A stretch of 64,000 bases of DNA from an uncultured Gemmatimonadaceae bacterium (GCA_963716745.1 OY970320.1:1527865-1591864); one strand, 5' to 3'. Positions 17,942 through 30,199 are shown, numbered from the stretch's first letter. Translations and numbers: made by a program. The notes: generated by a model not told the origin, from the sequence alone.

Positions 17942-20578
17942 TCGCTCCCTTGGCGTTCCCTCGCACGACGGCCTGTACGAGTCGCGATTCGTCGAAGTAC
18001 TTCCTCGCGAGTTCTCGCATTGCGCCCGCCGTCACCGCCGCGCACGCGCGCATCGTGCTCGTCGAGCTCGCGAGTCCGCGTCCCATCATCCATGCGTCGA
18101 CGATCTCCCCGAGCACGCTGCCGCCGCTCTGCTGGCGGATCGCGTGCGTGCCGATCGCGTATTCCTGCGCCAGCTCCAGTTCGCGCGCGGTGACCTCGCC
18201 CTCGCGCAGCCGCGCGAACTCGCGCAGGAGTCCGCGGCGCGCCGTCTCCTCCTGCGCTGGCGACGTCGCGATGTAACTCACGAACATGCCCGCGCGACGG
18301 CGCTCGCTCGAGTGCGCGTGCACGGTGTAGGCGAGCGACTTCTTGTCGCGCAGCTCCTCGAAGAACCGGCCGCCGAGTCCGCTCGCGACACCGGCGATCA
18401 TCTCGGCCGCCCAGCGATCGTCGTCCCACCGGTCGGGCGCGGGGAACGCGAGCGCGAGTGCCGTCTGCGCCTTGTCGCGGTCCTCGCTCACCGACACCGG
18501 CCGCGCGCCGGCCACGCCGGTGCGTCCAACGCACCCGGCCGGCCCGCGCCGAGGCCTGCGAAGAGCACCGCGGCGCGCGCGGCCGCGTCGTCGGCGTCCA
18601 CGTCGCCCACGATCGCGATCGCCGTCGCACCGCTGATCACGCGCACGCGGTGCCAGGCACGCAGCCGCCCTGCATCCAGCGCGGCGAGTGTGTGCTCATA
18701 GCCGCTCGAAGGAATGCCGTATGGGTGCCCCGCGAACGCCGCCGAGACGAGCAGGCGCATCGGCCAGCGGTACATGTCATCGCGCATCAGCGCGAGGTCG
18801 GCGATCGCCACGGCGCGCTCGGTCTCCAGCGCGCCCGCCGGGAAATTCGCGTTCAGCACGACATCGGCGAGCAGCGCCATCGCCGCCGCGCCATGCTGCG
18901 ATGGCACGGAGATCGACCAGCCCAGTTGCTCGGCGCCGGCATGCGCGCTCACGCTCCCGCCGAGCGATTCCGCCTCTTCCGCGATCTGCTCGGCGCGGCG
19001 CTTGGCCGTGCCCTTCACCGCCGTGCGCGTCATGAGCGACGTGAGCCCCGCGCTCTCTTCGTTCTCATCGCTGGCGCCGCCCGCCGCGAATACGCCCACG
19101 TGCATGAGCGGCGATCCCGCGCGCCGCTTCACGAGCACTGGCACGCCCGCCGCCGTGCGATAGATGCGCACACCCGCCTCCTCGCGGTCGAGCGCGACCG
19201 GCGAGAGCACGAGCGCGGGCGACTCCGGCGCCGGCGACGGCGCGACGAAGGGCTGGGCGCGCCCTCCTTCCAGGATCGCGCGCAGCGCACCGGTGTCCGC
19301 GGCGACGGGCGGCGAATTCCGCGGCCGGTAGAACAGCACGCCCGCGCGCTCCGCCGTGAGGTGCCGGCGCATCGCCGCGGTCACTTGCTCGCCGTCGGCG
19401 CCAAGCAGTCCCGCGAGGTATGCACCGCCAAGCGTCCAGGCGCCGAGCGCTTCCCACCCGGCGAGATAGGTCGCCTGGCCCTCCATGGTCTCCAGCCGGC
19501 GCAGCCACTGCGATTCGATCACGCGGCGCGCGCGCTCAAGCTCGGCCGGGTGCACGCCCACATCGCGCATTGCCGCGAGCTGCGCCCACGCTTCGGCGGT
19601 CGCATCCGCGGCCGATGAGGGTGGCCCCTCCGCGTGGATGGTGAACACGCCGAGCTGGGTCGGCGTGTAGTTCGACGCTCCGATGGAGGCGACGAGCCGG
19701 CGCTCGCGCACCGCGCGATAGAGTCGCGACGCGCGGCCCGCGCCGAGCATCGTCGCGGCGAGATCGAGCAGCACCGTGTCGGCGTCGAGCGTGCCCGGCG
19801 TTCGCCAGCCGATCGCGATCTGCGTCTGCGCGATGTCGCCTGCCAGTTCGTGGAAACGGAGTCCGTCGTGCTCCGGCTCCGCCGGTCCGGCCGCATGCTC
19901 CACCGGAGCATCTTTGAGCGTGCCGTACAGGCGCTCCACTTCGCGCACCGCGATCTTCAGGTCAATGTCGCCCACGATCGAAAGGATCGTATTGCCGGGG
20001 CGGTAGTGATTGCGGTAGAAGCGCGTGACATCCGCGCGCGTGAACCGCCGCAGCATGTCCTCGCGGCCGATGCGCCAGCGTCGCATCCGATGCCGGTCGT
20101 GCAGCAACGCGTACAGCGACTCGACCGCCACGGCGGAGGGATTGTCCTCCTTCCGTTTGGCTTCCTGGATGATGACCGCGAGCTCGCGCGCGAGCTCATC
20201 CGCATCGATGAGCGAATTCGCGAACGCATCGAATTGGATCTCGAGTCCGCGCACGAACGCCGCGGACGGGAGTACGGTGTAATAGCTGGTCTGGTCGTAG
20301 ATCGTGCCGGCGTTCAGGTAGCCGCCGGCGGCCTTCGTCGCACGCGGGATCTCGCCCACGCCGCGCGTGGGCGTCCCCTTGAAGTACATGTGCTCGAGCA
20401 CGTGGGAGATGCCCTGCACGTCGTCCGTCTCATCGAAGTAGCCGGCTCTCACGTGCGTGACGATCGCGACGACCGGCGCACTGGCGTCGCGGCGGAGGAG
20501 AACGGTGAGCCCGTTCTCCAACCGCACGCGCCTGACGGAATCGACTGGAAGGAGCGGCGAAGCGCCGCCGCCGCTCAC
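17913..20578 (-). CDS. Tandem M16 (pitrilysin-family) zinc peptidase, two fused M16 units (one frame break)
   Basis: The GTG at 20578 overlaps the upstream stop. HVLEHMYFKGT is the HxxEH zinc motif. The second unit starts near AGVRIYRTAAGVPVLV. The last 200 aa are in another frame (ORF 17913..18515), with the join near 18490-18515. Confidence 0.8.
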
Positions 20579-21714
20579 TGCACGATGCGCAGCAGTCCCG
20601 CGTCGGCGCTGCCGCGGATGAAACTCTCCGCGTCGTGCGTCGGGATCTTCACGCCGGTGAGGGAATAGCCGCGGCGCGCCTCGGTGGCCATGAATTCCTG
20701 CACCGAGCGTCCGGTCATCATGGTGTTCGCCTCTTTCATCGCGCGCACGATGCGGTCCCACGAGCCGCGGAACTCGGTGCCGTCATCGATCAGCACGCTG
20801 TGCTCCGAACTCTCCTCATCGCGGCGGCGCTCGGCGAGATCGGCGAGCAGCGTGGAGAACAGCTCGAGCTGCGCGCGGTCGCGCGATTCCGCTTCCTCGG
20901 CCGCCCGCGTCTCGATCTCGGAGAGCATGTCGTCGATCGGGTCGCTCTCCCCGGCGAGTTCGCCCAGCCGGTTGCGCCATTCCACGAATTCGGGATCGGC
21001 ATCGCTCGCGCGCTTGAGCTTCTTCGTGAGATCGATGTAGCGCCAGATGCCGAGTTCATCCCAGTGGTCCTCGGCGGACGTGCGCTCGAGATGCCGGAGC
21101 GAGCGCTCGTATTCGCCGCGATCGTACAGGATGTTCGCGAGGTAGATGCGCGCCTCGGTGTGCTCGTCATCCAGTTCGAGCGCGCGCTCGAGATGTGCGA
21201 TCGCTTCGTCGTCCTTGCCGAGCCGGTGCTGCGCGTAGCCGAGGCACGCCTGGGCCTCGGCGAGCTCCGGGCTCTCGCGCACCGCGGTCTCGAAGAATTC
21301 GCGCGACTCCTCGAGCATCTCCTCGCGGAAGAGCGCGCGCCCTACCTGCAGCACGAGATCGAGGTCGTCCTCGTAGCCGAGCTCGAGGATGCGGCGGAAG
21401 CTGGTGAGCGCGGCGTCGCGCTGGCCGAGTTTCAGCAGCGTCTCGCCGAGCCCGGCGAGACCGTCCTCGTGATTCCCGTCGAGCACGAGCCCCATCTCGA
21501 AGCTCTGGCGCGCCCACGCGTACTCTTCACGCGCGAGCCGGGCGTAGCCCACGCCCACGTGCAGTTCCACCGAGCCCGGGTAGAGCGCGAGTCCTTCGCG
21601 CAGCACTTCGAGCGCCTCCTCGTACTGGCCTTCGTTGTAGAGTTGGTGGGCGCGTTCGTCGTACTCTTCGGAACTCAGGAATGGGTTCGACATCGGCTCC
21701 GGCGCCTCCGGCAC
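20575..21714 (-). CDS. TPR-repeat protein
   Basis: Repeated A-x3-Y/F-x2-A-L TPR-like units (YNEGQYEEALEVLREGLALYPG, etc.) and an acidic C-terminal half. Confidence 0.7.
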   Translation of the reverse strand: MPEAPEPMSNPFLSSEEYDERAHQLYNEGQYEEALEVLREGLALYPGSVELHVGVGYARLAREEYAWARQSFEMGLVLDGNHEDGLAGLGETLLKLGQRDAALTSFRRILELGYEDDLDLVLQVGRALFREEMLEESREFFETAVRESPELAEAQACLGYAQHRLGKDDEAIAHLERALELDDEHTEARIYLANILYDRGEYERSLRHLERTSAEDHWDELGIWRYIDLTKKLKRASDADPEFVEWRNRLGELAGESDPIDDMLSEIETRAAEEAESRDRAQLELFSTLLADLAERRRDEESSEHSVLIDDGTEFRGSWDRIVRAMKEANTMMTGRSVQEFMATEARRGYSLTGVKIPTHDAESFIRGSADAGLLRIVQ

Positions 21715-21753
21715 TGAGGGACATCGTAACGTAGCATACCGTGACCGCGAAGT

Positions 21754-22683
21754 TCAACCGCCTGCCGTGCCCTGCATCGCACTCAGACTCCTGGCGATCG
21801 CCGCCGCGAGCGCGGCGTTCGCTTCCAGCAGGGCGAGGTTCGCCGCGCGCGCGCGGCCTTTCGTCGCCTTGTCCACCGCGGCCAGCAGGAAAGGTGTGAG
21901 GGCTGCGCCTCCCACCTTCTTGAGAGACGCCGACCGCTGCGCCCCCTGCACAGCCCGCTTCACCGTGGCGGCGCTCAGCGCGTGCTCCTCCGCCACCGGT
22001 TGCATCACGACCATGCCCTCATTCCGTGCGAGCGCGCGGTGCAATCGCCACATACTCGCGACATCCAGCGGCGCATCGGCGCGCGCCGCGAGCGGGATCC
22101 CGCTCGAGCGCGAGTAGAACGCCGGCATCTCATCCGTGCCGTAACCGATCACCGGCACGCCCAACGATTCCAGCCGTTCGTTCGTGGCGGCGAGGTCGAG
22201 GATCGACTTCGCCCCCGCGCACACCACCAGCACCGGCGTTCGCGAGAGCTCCATCAGGTCCGCACTCTCGTCGAACTTGGGACTCTTGTGCACGCCGCCA
22301 ATGCCACCGGTGGCGAATACCTCGACTCCCGCCGCACGCGCCAGCATGATCGCCGCCGCCACGGTCGTCGCGCCGTCCACGCCTTTCGCCATCGCGAGCG
22401 GCACGTCGCGCGCCGAGATCTTCCGAATGCCTTCACGCCGGAGGAACCGCTCCAGCTCATCCCGTTCGAGTCCCACCGCGGCGACCCCGCGCACGACCGC
22501 GGTGATCGCCGGCACCGCGCCGGCCGCGCGCACCGCGGCGATCATGCGCGCCGCCGCTTCGCGATTCGCCGGTTCGGGCAAACCCTGCGCGAACACACTG
22601 CTTTCTAGGGCGACGACAGGCGCGCGCGACCGCAACGCGGCCGCGATCTCCGGCAGCACGCGCACCGGAACGGGCGCGTTCAT
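21754..22683 (-). CDS. psuG: Pseudouridine-5'-phosphate glycosidase
   Basis: ORF trimmed to the ATG at 22683 (MNAPVPVRV). VVALESSVFAQGLP, GATTVAAAIMLA, VFATGGIGGVH, LVVCAGAKSILD. Confidence 0.8.
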   Translation of the reverse strand: MNAPVPVRVLPEIAAALRSRAPVVALESSVFAQGLPEPANREAAARMIAAVRAAGAVPAITAVVRGVAAVGLERDELERFLRREGIRKISARDVPLAMAKGVDGATTVAAAIMLARAAGVEVFATGGIGGVHKSPKFDESADLMELSRTPVLVVCAGAKSILDLAATNERLESLGVPVIGYGTDEMPAFYSRSSGIPLAARADAPLDVASMWRLHRALARNEGMVVMQPVAEEHALSAATVKRAVQGAQRSASLKKVGGAALTPFLLAAVDKATKGRARAANLALLEANAALAAAIARSLSAMQGTAGG

Positions 22684-22708
22684 GCCATCACGCGCCGGCG
22701 GACTACCG

Positions 22709-24364
22709 TCATTTCTTCGGACCGCCGGTGGAATCGCGCATCGCCTTGAACTCCGCGCCCGCGCTCCATTCCGGCACCACGGGCGAGTTCCCGAGCGCGC
22801 GGCCGAATATGAGCACGATGTCGGCGAGCTGCGTCGCGCCGGAAAGATCGAAGTCCGGCCGATACTCATCGGATGGCTGGTGATAGCGGTGCGCCGTATA
22901 GTCCGCCTGCTGCGCTTCGCCCCAACCCTTCGGCCGTCCGACGTACGTGAGTCCCGCGCCGATCGAGATCGCGGGGACGCCCGCCTTGGCGAACGAGAAG
23001 TGGTCGCTGCGATAGAAGTGACCCGCCTCCGGATGCGGGTCGGGCACGAGCGACATCCCCTTGGTCTGCAGGAGATGCGCGAACATCGTGCCGAGCGAGC
23101 TCTTGTTGGAGCCGATCACCACGTAGTCCTTCATCTTCCCGTCGAGCGGCACGACGTCGAGGTTCAGATCGGCGACGATCTGGTTCACAGGCACGGTGGG
23201 GTGCGTCGCGAACCAGGCGGAGCCGAGGAGTCCCGATTCTTCCGCCGTGACGAACACGAACAGCTGCGTGCGCCGCGTGGGCGCGAGCTTCGCGGCCGCG
23301 CGCGCGATGCCGAGCACCGCCGCGGTGCCCGACGCGTTGTCGGCCGCGCCGTTGTAGATGGAGTCGCCGTTCACCGCGGGGCCGATGCCGAGATGGTCCC
23401 AGTGCGCGCTGTACACGACGTACTGCTCCTTGTAGCCGGCCGCGTTGCCGTTCACGACGCCCACCACGTTCTCGCTCTCCATGTGCGACATGTGGTTCTT
23501 CATCGTCATGTCCATCATGATGCCGGTGTGCACCGGCTTGAACGCGCGCGTTGCCGCCTGCGCGCGCAGGTCGCCCATGTTAAGTCCAGCCTGCGCGAGC
23601 AGCGCGCTCGCCGCGCTGTCGGTGATCCATCCGTTCACGCCGTTGGGCGACGGGCCGTTGGGATCGCGCGGCAGCATGCGGATCTCCTTCGCCCACGATC
23701 CCACCACCGTGTGCCACGGATAGCTCGCCGCCTCGGTGGTGTGCACGATGAGCACGCCCGCGGCGCCGAGGCGTTCGCCTTCCTCGTACTTGTAGGTCCA
23801 GCGGCCGTAGTAGGTCATCGCTTTGCCGCCGAAGAATCCCGGCTCGCTCGCCGTGGCCGGCGGATCGTTCACGAGCACCAAGAGGATCTTCCCCTTCATG
23901 CTCTCGCCCTTGAAGTCGTCCCACTTGTACTCGGGCGCCTGCGCGCCGTAGCCGACGAACACGAGCTCGCCGCGCGCGACGCTCGAGTCCGTCGCGCTGC
24001 CCGGCGCGACCACGACATCGTTCGGGTAGTTGAGCGTCGCCTTCGCCTTGCCGCTCGCCGTGACGCGGATGGTGGACGCGATGGCGCCCACGACGTCGAT
24101 CGGCACCTTCTGGAAGTACGATCCCTTCACGCCCGGCAGCACTCCCGCGATCTGCAGCTGCGACGCGATGTACGCCGCCGTGAGCTGCCCGCCGCGCGTC
24201 GCCGGCGCGCGTCCCTCGAGCAGGTCGCTCGAGAGGAACTTGAGGTCGGCGTCATACGCCGACGCCGTGATCTTCGCCGCGCAGGAACATGGCGTGGCGC
24301 TCTGAGCGTTGATCGACGCCGGCGCGGCCACGGCAAGAGACAGGATGACAAGAGTTCGCTTCAT
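22709..24364 (-). CDS. M28-family aminopeptidase with PA domain, secreted
   Basis: ATG at 24364 (MKRTLVILSLAVAAPA). LEGRAPATRGG, NVVGVVNG, YSAHWDHLG, GAADNASG, FVTAEESGLLGS, YHQPSDE. Confidence 0.8.
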   Translation of the reverse strand: MKRTLVILSLAVAAPASINAQSATPCSCAAKITASAYDADLKFLSSDLLEGRAPATRGGQLTAAYIASQLQIAGVLPGVKGSYFQKVPIDVVGAIASTIRVTASGKAKATLNYPNDVVVAPGSATDSSVARGELVFVGYGAQAPEYKWDDFKGESMKGKILLVLVNDPPATASEPGFFGGKAMTYYGRWTYKYEEGERLGAAGVLIVHTTEAASYPWHTVVGSWAKEIRMLPRDPNGPSPNGVNGWITDSAASALLAQAGLNMGDLRAQAATRAFKPVHTGIMMDMTMKNHMSHMESENVVGVVNGNAAGYKEQYVVYSAHWDHLGIGPAVNGDSIYNGAADNASGTAAVLGIARAAAKLAPTRRTQLFVFVTAEESGLLGSAWFATHPTVPVNQIVADLNLDVVPLDGKMKDYVVIGSNKSSLGTMFAHLLQTKGMSLVPDPHPEAGHFYRSDHFSFAKAGVPAISIGAGLTYVGRPKGWGEAQQADYTAHRYHQPSDEYRPDFDLSGATQLADIVLIFGRALGNSPVVPEWSAGAEFKAMRDSTGGPKK

Positions 24365-24408
24365 CAGATTGACTTGAGAAAAGTGAGAGGTGGTGTTGCA
24401 GTTCAAAG

Positions 24409-24490
24409 CATGTGAATCATGTTAATCCTGTCCAATGCTCTTCCTAGAATCCGCGATAACTGCTTTGACAGGATTAACATGATTTACATG
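24409..24490. repeat. Family-1 palindromic element, copy C (24-bp arms, 34-nt spacer, GACAGG ends facing inward)
   Basis: CATGTGAATCATGTTAATCCTGTC (24409-24432) pairs with GACAGGATTAACATGATTTACATG (24467-24490), with 1 mismatch. The spacer contains CTAGAAT. Confidence 0.85.
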
Positions 24491-24506
24491 ATTGGGCACG
24501 GAACGC

Positions 24507-24512
24507 TAAGTT
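24507..24512 (+). promoter_or_regulatory. -10-like hexamer TAAGTT, 7 nt upstream of the ATG at 24520; -35-like TTTACA lies inside the repeat arm
   Basis: gaTTTACAtgattgggcacggaacgcTAAGTTtgcagtcATG, with 18-nt spacing between the -35-like and -10-like elements. Confidence 0.3.
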
Positions 24513-24519
24513 TGCAGTC

Positions 24520-24681
24520 ATGACCGACACGCCCGCACCGGAAACGCCCGCCGCCGAGAATCCCGTCGTCGATACGTCGCCCGCCGCGCCCGAGCGCACC
24601 GCCGTCACCTACGGGATCCTGTTCATGGTGCTCGCCGCGCTCGTCGTGTACTTCGTGCTGCACGCGGTGCGCCGCCACTAG
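24520..24681 (+). CDS. Small membrane protein (53 aa), hypothetical
   Basis: Below the ORF-track size cutoff. MTDTPAPETPAAENPVVDTSPAAPERTAVTYGILFMVLAALVVYFVLHAVRRH has one clear TM helix. Its TAG stop overlaps the stop of the convergent gene within CTAG. Confidence 0.35.
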   Translation: MTDTPAPETPAAENPVVDTSPAAPERTAVTYGILFMVLAALVVYFVLHAVRRH

Positions 24682-25610
24682 TCCTGTTCGACGGCCGCCT
24701 TCGGTGGCACGCCGACGGCTCGCGCGATCTCGGCGCCCATGCGGCCCATCAATCGCTCCGGCTCATTGTCGATGATCCAGCGCTGGTCCACGTTCGCGCG
24801 CGTGAGCACGCACACCACCACTCGCGTCCGCAGATAGTACAGCCCGCATTCGGTGCGGATGTCGTCATCCTTGCCGGACTTGTGCGCCGCCCGCACGCCC
24901 ACGAGCATGCGCGTGAGCAACTCCGTCTCGTCGTTGGTCTCGAGCATCGCGAGCATCGCGGAGTCGGCCTTGGCACCCACGGCCTTCCCCTGCGCCAGCA
25001 ATACGAAGAGCTGCGCCATCTCGTTGGGCGTGGTCTTCCCGAGGCCGTACTTCTCGGAACTGTCCCGCGCGATGGTCGTGATCGCGCGCTGCATCACGAG
25101 ATGGTGCACGCGCGTGTTCGCGAGATGCAGCGAGTCGAGCCGCGCGTTGACGCGCGCGAGCGTGATCTTCTGCAGCAGCAGGTTGGTCGCGGTGTTGTCG
25201 CTGGTCTCGATCATCAGCTGCGCCGCGTCGCGAACGGTGATCGTGAGTCCGGAGTGCAGGTACTGTAGCACGCCGCTGCCGCCCGCCTTGTCCAGCTCGA
25301 GCAGCACCAGCGGATCGTTCAGGGAGATCTGCCCGTGCTCAACGAGGTCGTAGAGCGTCACCAGCACGCCAACCTTGATCAGGCTCGCGGTGGGGAAGGT
25401 CGAATCGCCGCGCAGCGAGAGACGCCATCCCGCATCCACGTCGCGCACCGCGTAGCCGACCACCCCATGATGCGCCGCCGCGAGCGAATCGAGCGTGCGG
25501 TGCAGCTTGGCGGTGTCGACTCTCTGAGCTGCGGCGACACCGGCCGCCGCCGCGAGGATCGCTCCCGCGATGCCGAGCGCCGAGAGCCGAGCGCCGAGGC
25601 CTGCCGTCAC
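24678..25610 (-). CDS. Class A beta-lactamase-related serine hydrolase, exported
   Basis: ASLIK (S-x-x-K), ETSDNTATN (SDN), HKSGKD (K-S/T-G); signal peptide. Confidence 0.7.
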   Translation of the reverse strand: MTAGLGARLSALGIAGAILAAAAGVAAAQRVDTAKLHRTLDSLAAAHHGVVGYAVRDVDAGWRLSLRGDSTFPTASLIKVGVLVTLYDLVEHGQISLNDPLVLLELDKAGGSGVLQYLHSGLTITVRDAAQLMIETSDNTATNLLLQKITLARVNARLDSLHLANTRVHHLVMQRAITTIARDSSEKYGLGKTTPNEMAQLFVLLAQGKAVGAKADSAMLAMLETNDETELLTRMLVGVRAAHKSGKDDDIRTECGLYYLRTRVVVCVLTRANVDQRWIIDNEPERLMGRMGAEIARAVGVPPKAAVEQD

Positions 25611-25614
25611 GTTG

Positions 25615-25842
25615 CTACGCGTCCGTGAACGTCCCCGCGTTCCGCGTCTCGACGAGCTCGCGCTCCTTGGACGTCGGATCGTACATCGCCAGCACCTTCA
25701 CGTGCTCGCCCGAGTAGCAGTCGAACACCTTGCCCTGCCCCTTCCTGATCTCGATCTCGTGGCCGTCCTCGAACCGGAGCACGACGGCCGGATACTTGGT
25801 GTTCTCGTATTTCTTGCGGAGCTTTTTCGGAGGAGTCGGCAT
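25615..25842 (-). CDS. Hypothetical small protein (75 aa)
   Basis: Protein-like composition (KYPAVVLRFEDGHEIEIRKGQGKVFDCYSGEHVKVLAMY). It lies 4 nt upstream of the beta-lactamase-like gene. Confidence 0.45.
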   Translation of the reverse strand: MPTPPKKLRKKYENTKYPAVVLRFEDGHEIEIRKGQGKVFDCYSGEHVKVLAMYDPTSKERELVETRNAGTFTDA

Positions 25843-25900
25843 AGCCCTGGGGATGAGAGTCTCCCGAACTTACGGCGCGCGCACGGGGGCTACAAGGCGC

Positions 25901-27091
25901 TCACGTCACGACGGCGCGCGCGCCTTCGAACCGCTTCCAATCGCCGTTCGCGAGGATCGCGTCGATCGCCGCCACCACCGCCTCCACTTCATCGTCGTGC
26001 GTGTAGAAATGCGGCGCTACGCGAATGCCCGCATCGGGGCGGAAGTCCACGATGATGTCGCGCGCGAGCAGCGCCTGGCTCACTTCGTACGCGTGCGGCA
26101 CACGGAACGCCACGGTGCCACCGCGGCGCTCCGCATCGCGCGGCGCGTGCACTTCGTAGCCCCGCTCGTCGGCGAGCGCGATGAGCCGCGCCGTTTGCCG
26201 CATGCTCTTCGCGCGCACCCGCTCGATCCCCGCGCGCCGCACGATCTTCGGACCCTCGGCCGCCGCGTAGAGCGCGGGGATCACCGGCGTCCCGTTCAGC
26301 CAGCGCCAGGCTCCGTGCGCGGGCTGGAGCTCCGGCTCGAACGCGAACGGACGCGCGTGCGCTTGCCAGCCCGTGAGCGCCGGCGTGAGGGTGTCGCGGA
26401 TGTTCGGCGCACAGTAGAGGAACGCGCCGCCCGGTCCGCCGCATAGCCACTTGAGCACGCCGCCGGTGAGGAAATCGGCGCCGATCTTCTTCACGTCCAC
26501 CGGGATCACGCCCACGGAATGGAACGCGTCGAGCATCACGAGCGCGCCCACTTCGTGTGCGCGCGCGACGATCGCATGCGCGTCCATGATGTACGCCGAC
26601 CGGAAGAGCACGTGCGACACCGCCACCAGCCGTGTGCGCTCGTCGATCGCCGCCAGTAGCCGCTCGAGATCGATCCCGATCCCGTCGTCGCTCGGCACGT
26701 TCACTACTCGCGCGCCGAAGCGCCCGGCGAGACCCTCCACGGCGTAGCGCACGCTCGGGAAATCGAGCGCCGTCATCACGATCGCGTTCCGCTCCGGCGG
26801 GAAGTCCAGCGCCGACAGCACCGCCGCGTGCGCGAGGCTCACGTTCGCGAGCATCGCGATCTCGCCGGCGCTCGCGCCGATGAGCGGCGCGATCTCATCG
26901 CCGACCGTCACCGGCATGTTCCACCACCCGTCGGCCCACGCGCGCACGCCGCGCTCGCTCCACGTGCGCGCGTACTCCGCGAGGCGGTCGCCCGCCGCGC
27001 GCGGCATAGCACCCAGCGAGTTCGAGACGAGATAGTTCGTGCGCGCGAGGATCGGGAACTCGGGGCGGAACGCCAGGAGCGGGTCGATCAT
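25901..27091 (-). CDS. kynU: Kynureninase-like class V PLP-dependent enzyme
   Basis: NYLVSNSLGAMP, WSERGVRAWADGWW, DFLTGGVLKWLCGGPGGAFLY (PLP Lys context). The length of 396 aa fits. Confidence 0.6.
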   Translation of the reverse strand: MIDPLLAFRPEFPILARTNYLVSNSLGAMPRAAGDRLAEYARTWSERGVRAWADGWWNMPVTVGDEIAPLIGASAGEIAMLANVSLAHAAVLSALDFPPERNAIVMTALDFPSVRYAVEGLAGRFGARVVNVPSDDGIGIDLERLLAAIDERTRLVAVSHVLFRSAYIMDAHAIVARAHEVGALVMLDAFHSVGVIPVDVKKIGADFLTGGVLKWLCGGPGGAFLYCAPNIRDTLTPALTGWQAHARPFAFEPELQPAHGAWRWLNGTPVIPALYAAAEGPKIVRRAGIERVRAKSMRQTARLIALADERGYEVHAPRDAERRGGTVAFRVPHAYEVSQALLARDIIVDFRPDAGIRVAPHFYTHDDEVEAVVAAIDAILANGDWKRFEGARAVVT

Positions 27092-28419
27092 CCGCCGGCC
27101 GGCACCCTCGGGCGCCAGAGATAGGAGAGGAAGTGGAGCGCGGCCGCGGCAGCGAGCGTGATGCCCGTCGCGATGAATTCCTGCGTGGTCGCGGAGAACA
27201 GCAGAACGCCGATCACGCCGACCGCGAGCAGCGGCACGAACGGTCCGCCCGGCACGACGAACGGCTCACCGTCGCCGCGCACATTCTTGCGTCGCAGTTG
27301 CAGCACGCCGAACGCGACGATGGCGTACATGAGCAATACTGCAACGTTTGCCACCACGATCAACGATACGAAACTCCCGGTCGCCGCAAGCGTGAGCAGC
27401 AACACCGCGTGCACGACGATCGCGCGGTACGGCGTGCGCAACCTGGGATGGATCTTTGAGAGCCACGGTGGAAGCTCGCCTCGCTCGGAGAGCGCGAACA
27501 GCGCGCGCGGCGATGTGAGCGCGTCACCCGTGAGATAACCGAGCGTCGAGATGAGCGTGCCGAGAAGGATGATGTTGCTGCCCACGCTCCCGAACACGAC
27601 GCCGGCGACGGCCGCAAGCGGCGCAGCCGTCTCGGTCGCGAGCCGCGGGCCGAGCACGCCAGCGGCCACCATCTGGATGGTCAGATACAACACCGTCACG
27701 ATCGCGAGCGCGAACAGGACCCCGCGCGGCACGGTGCGGTGCGGATCCTTCACCTCTCCGCTCGGGTTGAGCGAATTCTCGAATCCCAAGAAGGCGAAGA
27801 TCAACACGACACACGCGCGCGTCATCGTGCTCGCGGGCGGCATCGCGGGGATCGCGAGGTTCGCCGGGTGCATGAAGAAGATCCCGACCCCGGCAAGCGC
27901 GAACAGCGGCAGCAGTTTGCCGAGCGAGAAGATCTCCATCGTGCGCACACCCGGCCGCGCGCCGCGGATGTTCACCGTCGCGAGGACCCCATACGTAAGG
28001 ATCATGAGCGCCACACGCGGCACGGTGCCGCCGAGCGCGGGGAAGATCACCGCGAGCGTGCCGACGAACGCGTTCATCACCGCCGCGCCGGCGAGCACGC
28101 CCGCGCCCACATAGAGCAGAGCGCCGGTCATGATGCCCACCAGGGGACCGAACGCCGCCGTCGCGTACGCGTAGCCGCCGCCCGTGCTGTGCACGCGGCT
28201 CCCCGCTTCCGCGAAGCAGAGCACGACGAGCGCCATGGCGAATGCGCAGATCACATAGGCCATCGGCGCCGCACCGCCGATCGCCGCATACACCGCGGCC
28301 GGCAGGAGGAAGATCCCCGAGCCCACGGTCATGTTCACAGACGACGCGGTGAGCGCGCGGACGCCCATCACGCGCTCGAGCTGCGCGTCGGGCGGTGTAC
28401 CGGCGGGAGTGGGCATCAA
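27088..28419 (-). CDS. APC-superfamily amino acid permease
   Basis: 443 aa with about 12 TM segments. The N-terminal GSGIFLLPA motif is present. It is 4-nt coupled to the kynureninase-like gene. Confidence 0.75.
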   Translation of the reverse strand: MMPTPAGTPPDAQLERVMGVRALTASSVNMTVGSGIFLLPAAVYAAIGGAAPMAYVICAFAMALVVLCFAEAGSRVHSTGGGYAYATAAFGPLVGIMTGALLYVGAGVLAGAAVMNAFVGTLAVIFPALGGTVPRVALMILTYGVLATVNIRGARPGVRTMEIFSLGKLLPLFALAGVGIFFMHPANLAIPAMPPASTMTRACVVLIFAFLGFENSLNPSGEVKDPHRTVPRGVLFALAIVTVLYLTIQMVAAGVLGPRLATETAAPLAAVAGVVFGSVGSNIILLGTLISTLGYLTGDALTSPRALFALSERGELPPWLSKIHPRLRTPYRAIVVHAVLLLTLAATGSFVSLIVVANVAVLLMYAIVAFGVLQLRRKNVRGDGEPFVVPGGPFVPLLAVGVIGVLLFSATTQEFIATGITLAAAAALHFLSYLWRPRVPAGG

Positions 28420-28447
28420 TCCATTTACCCCGCAGGCCGCCGCTCCG

Positions 28448-30199
<1,752 letters not shown>

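Noticed and set aside
22184-24415. A 743-aa plus-strand ORF. Similar very long ORFs occur at 28574..31333 (919 aa), 52046..54220 (724 aa), 57094..59079 (661 aa), 55765..57012, 16511..17806 and 61453..62490.
   Set aside because: All are antisense or out of frame to genes with unmistakable family motifs (M28 peptidase, SulP, the GY-rich protein, the kinases). Their translations are Arg/Ala/Gly/His-rich with no motifs. These are typical stop-poor shadow frames of a roughly 70% GC genome.
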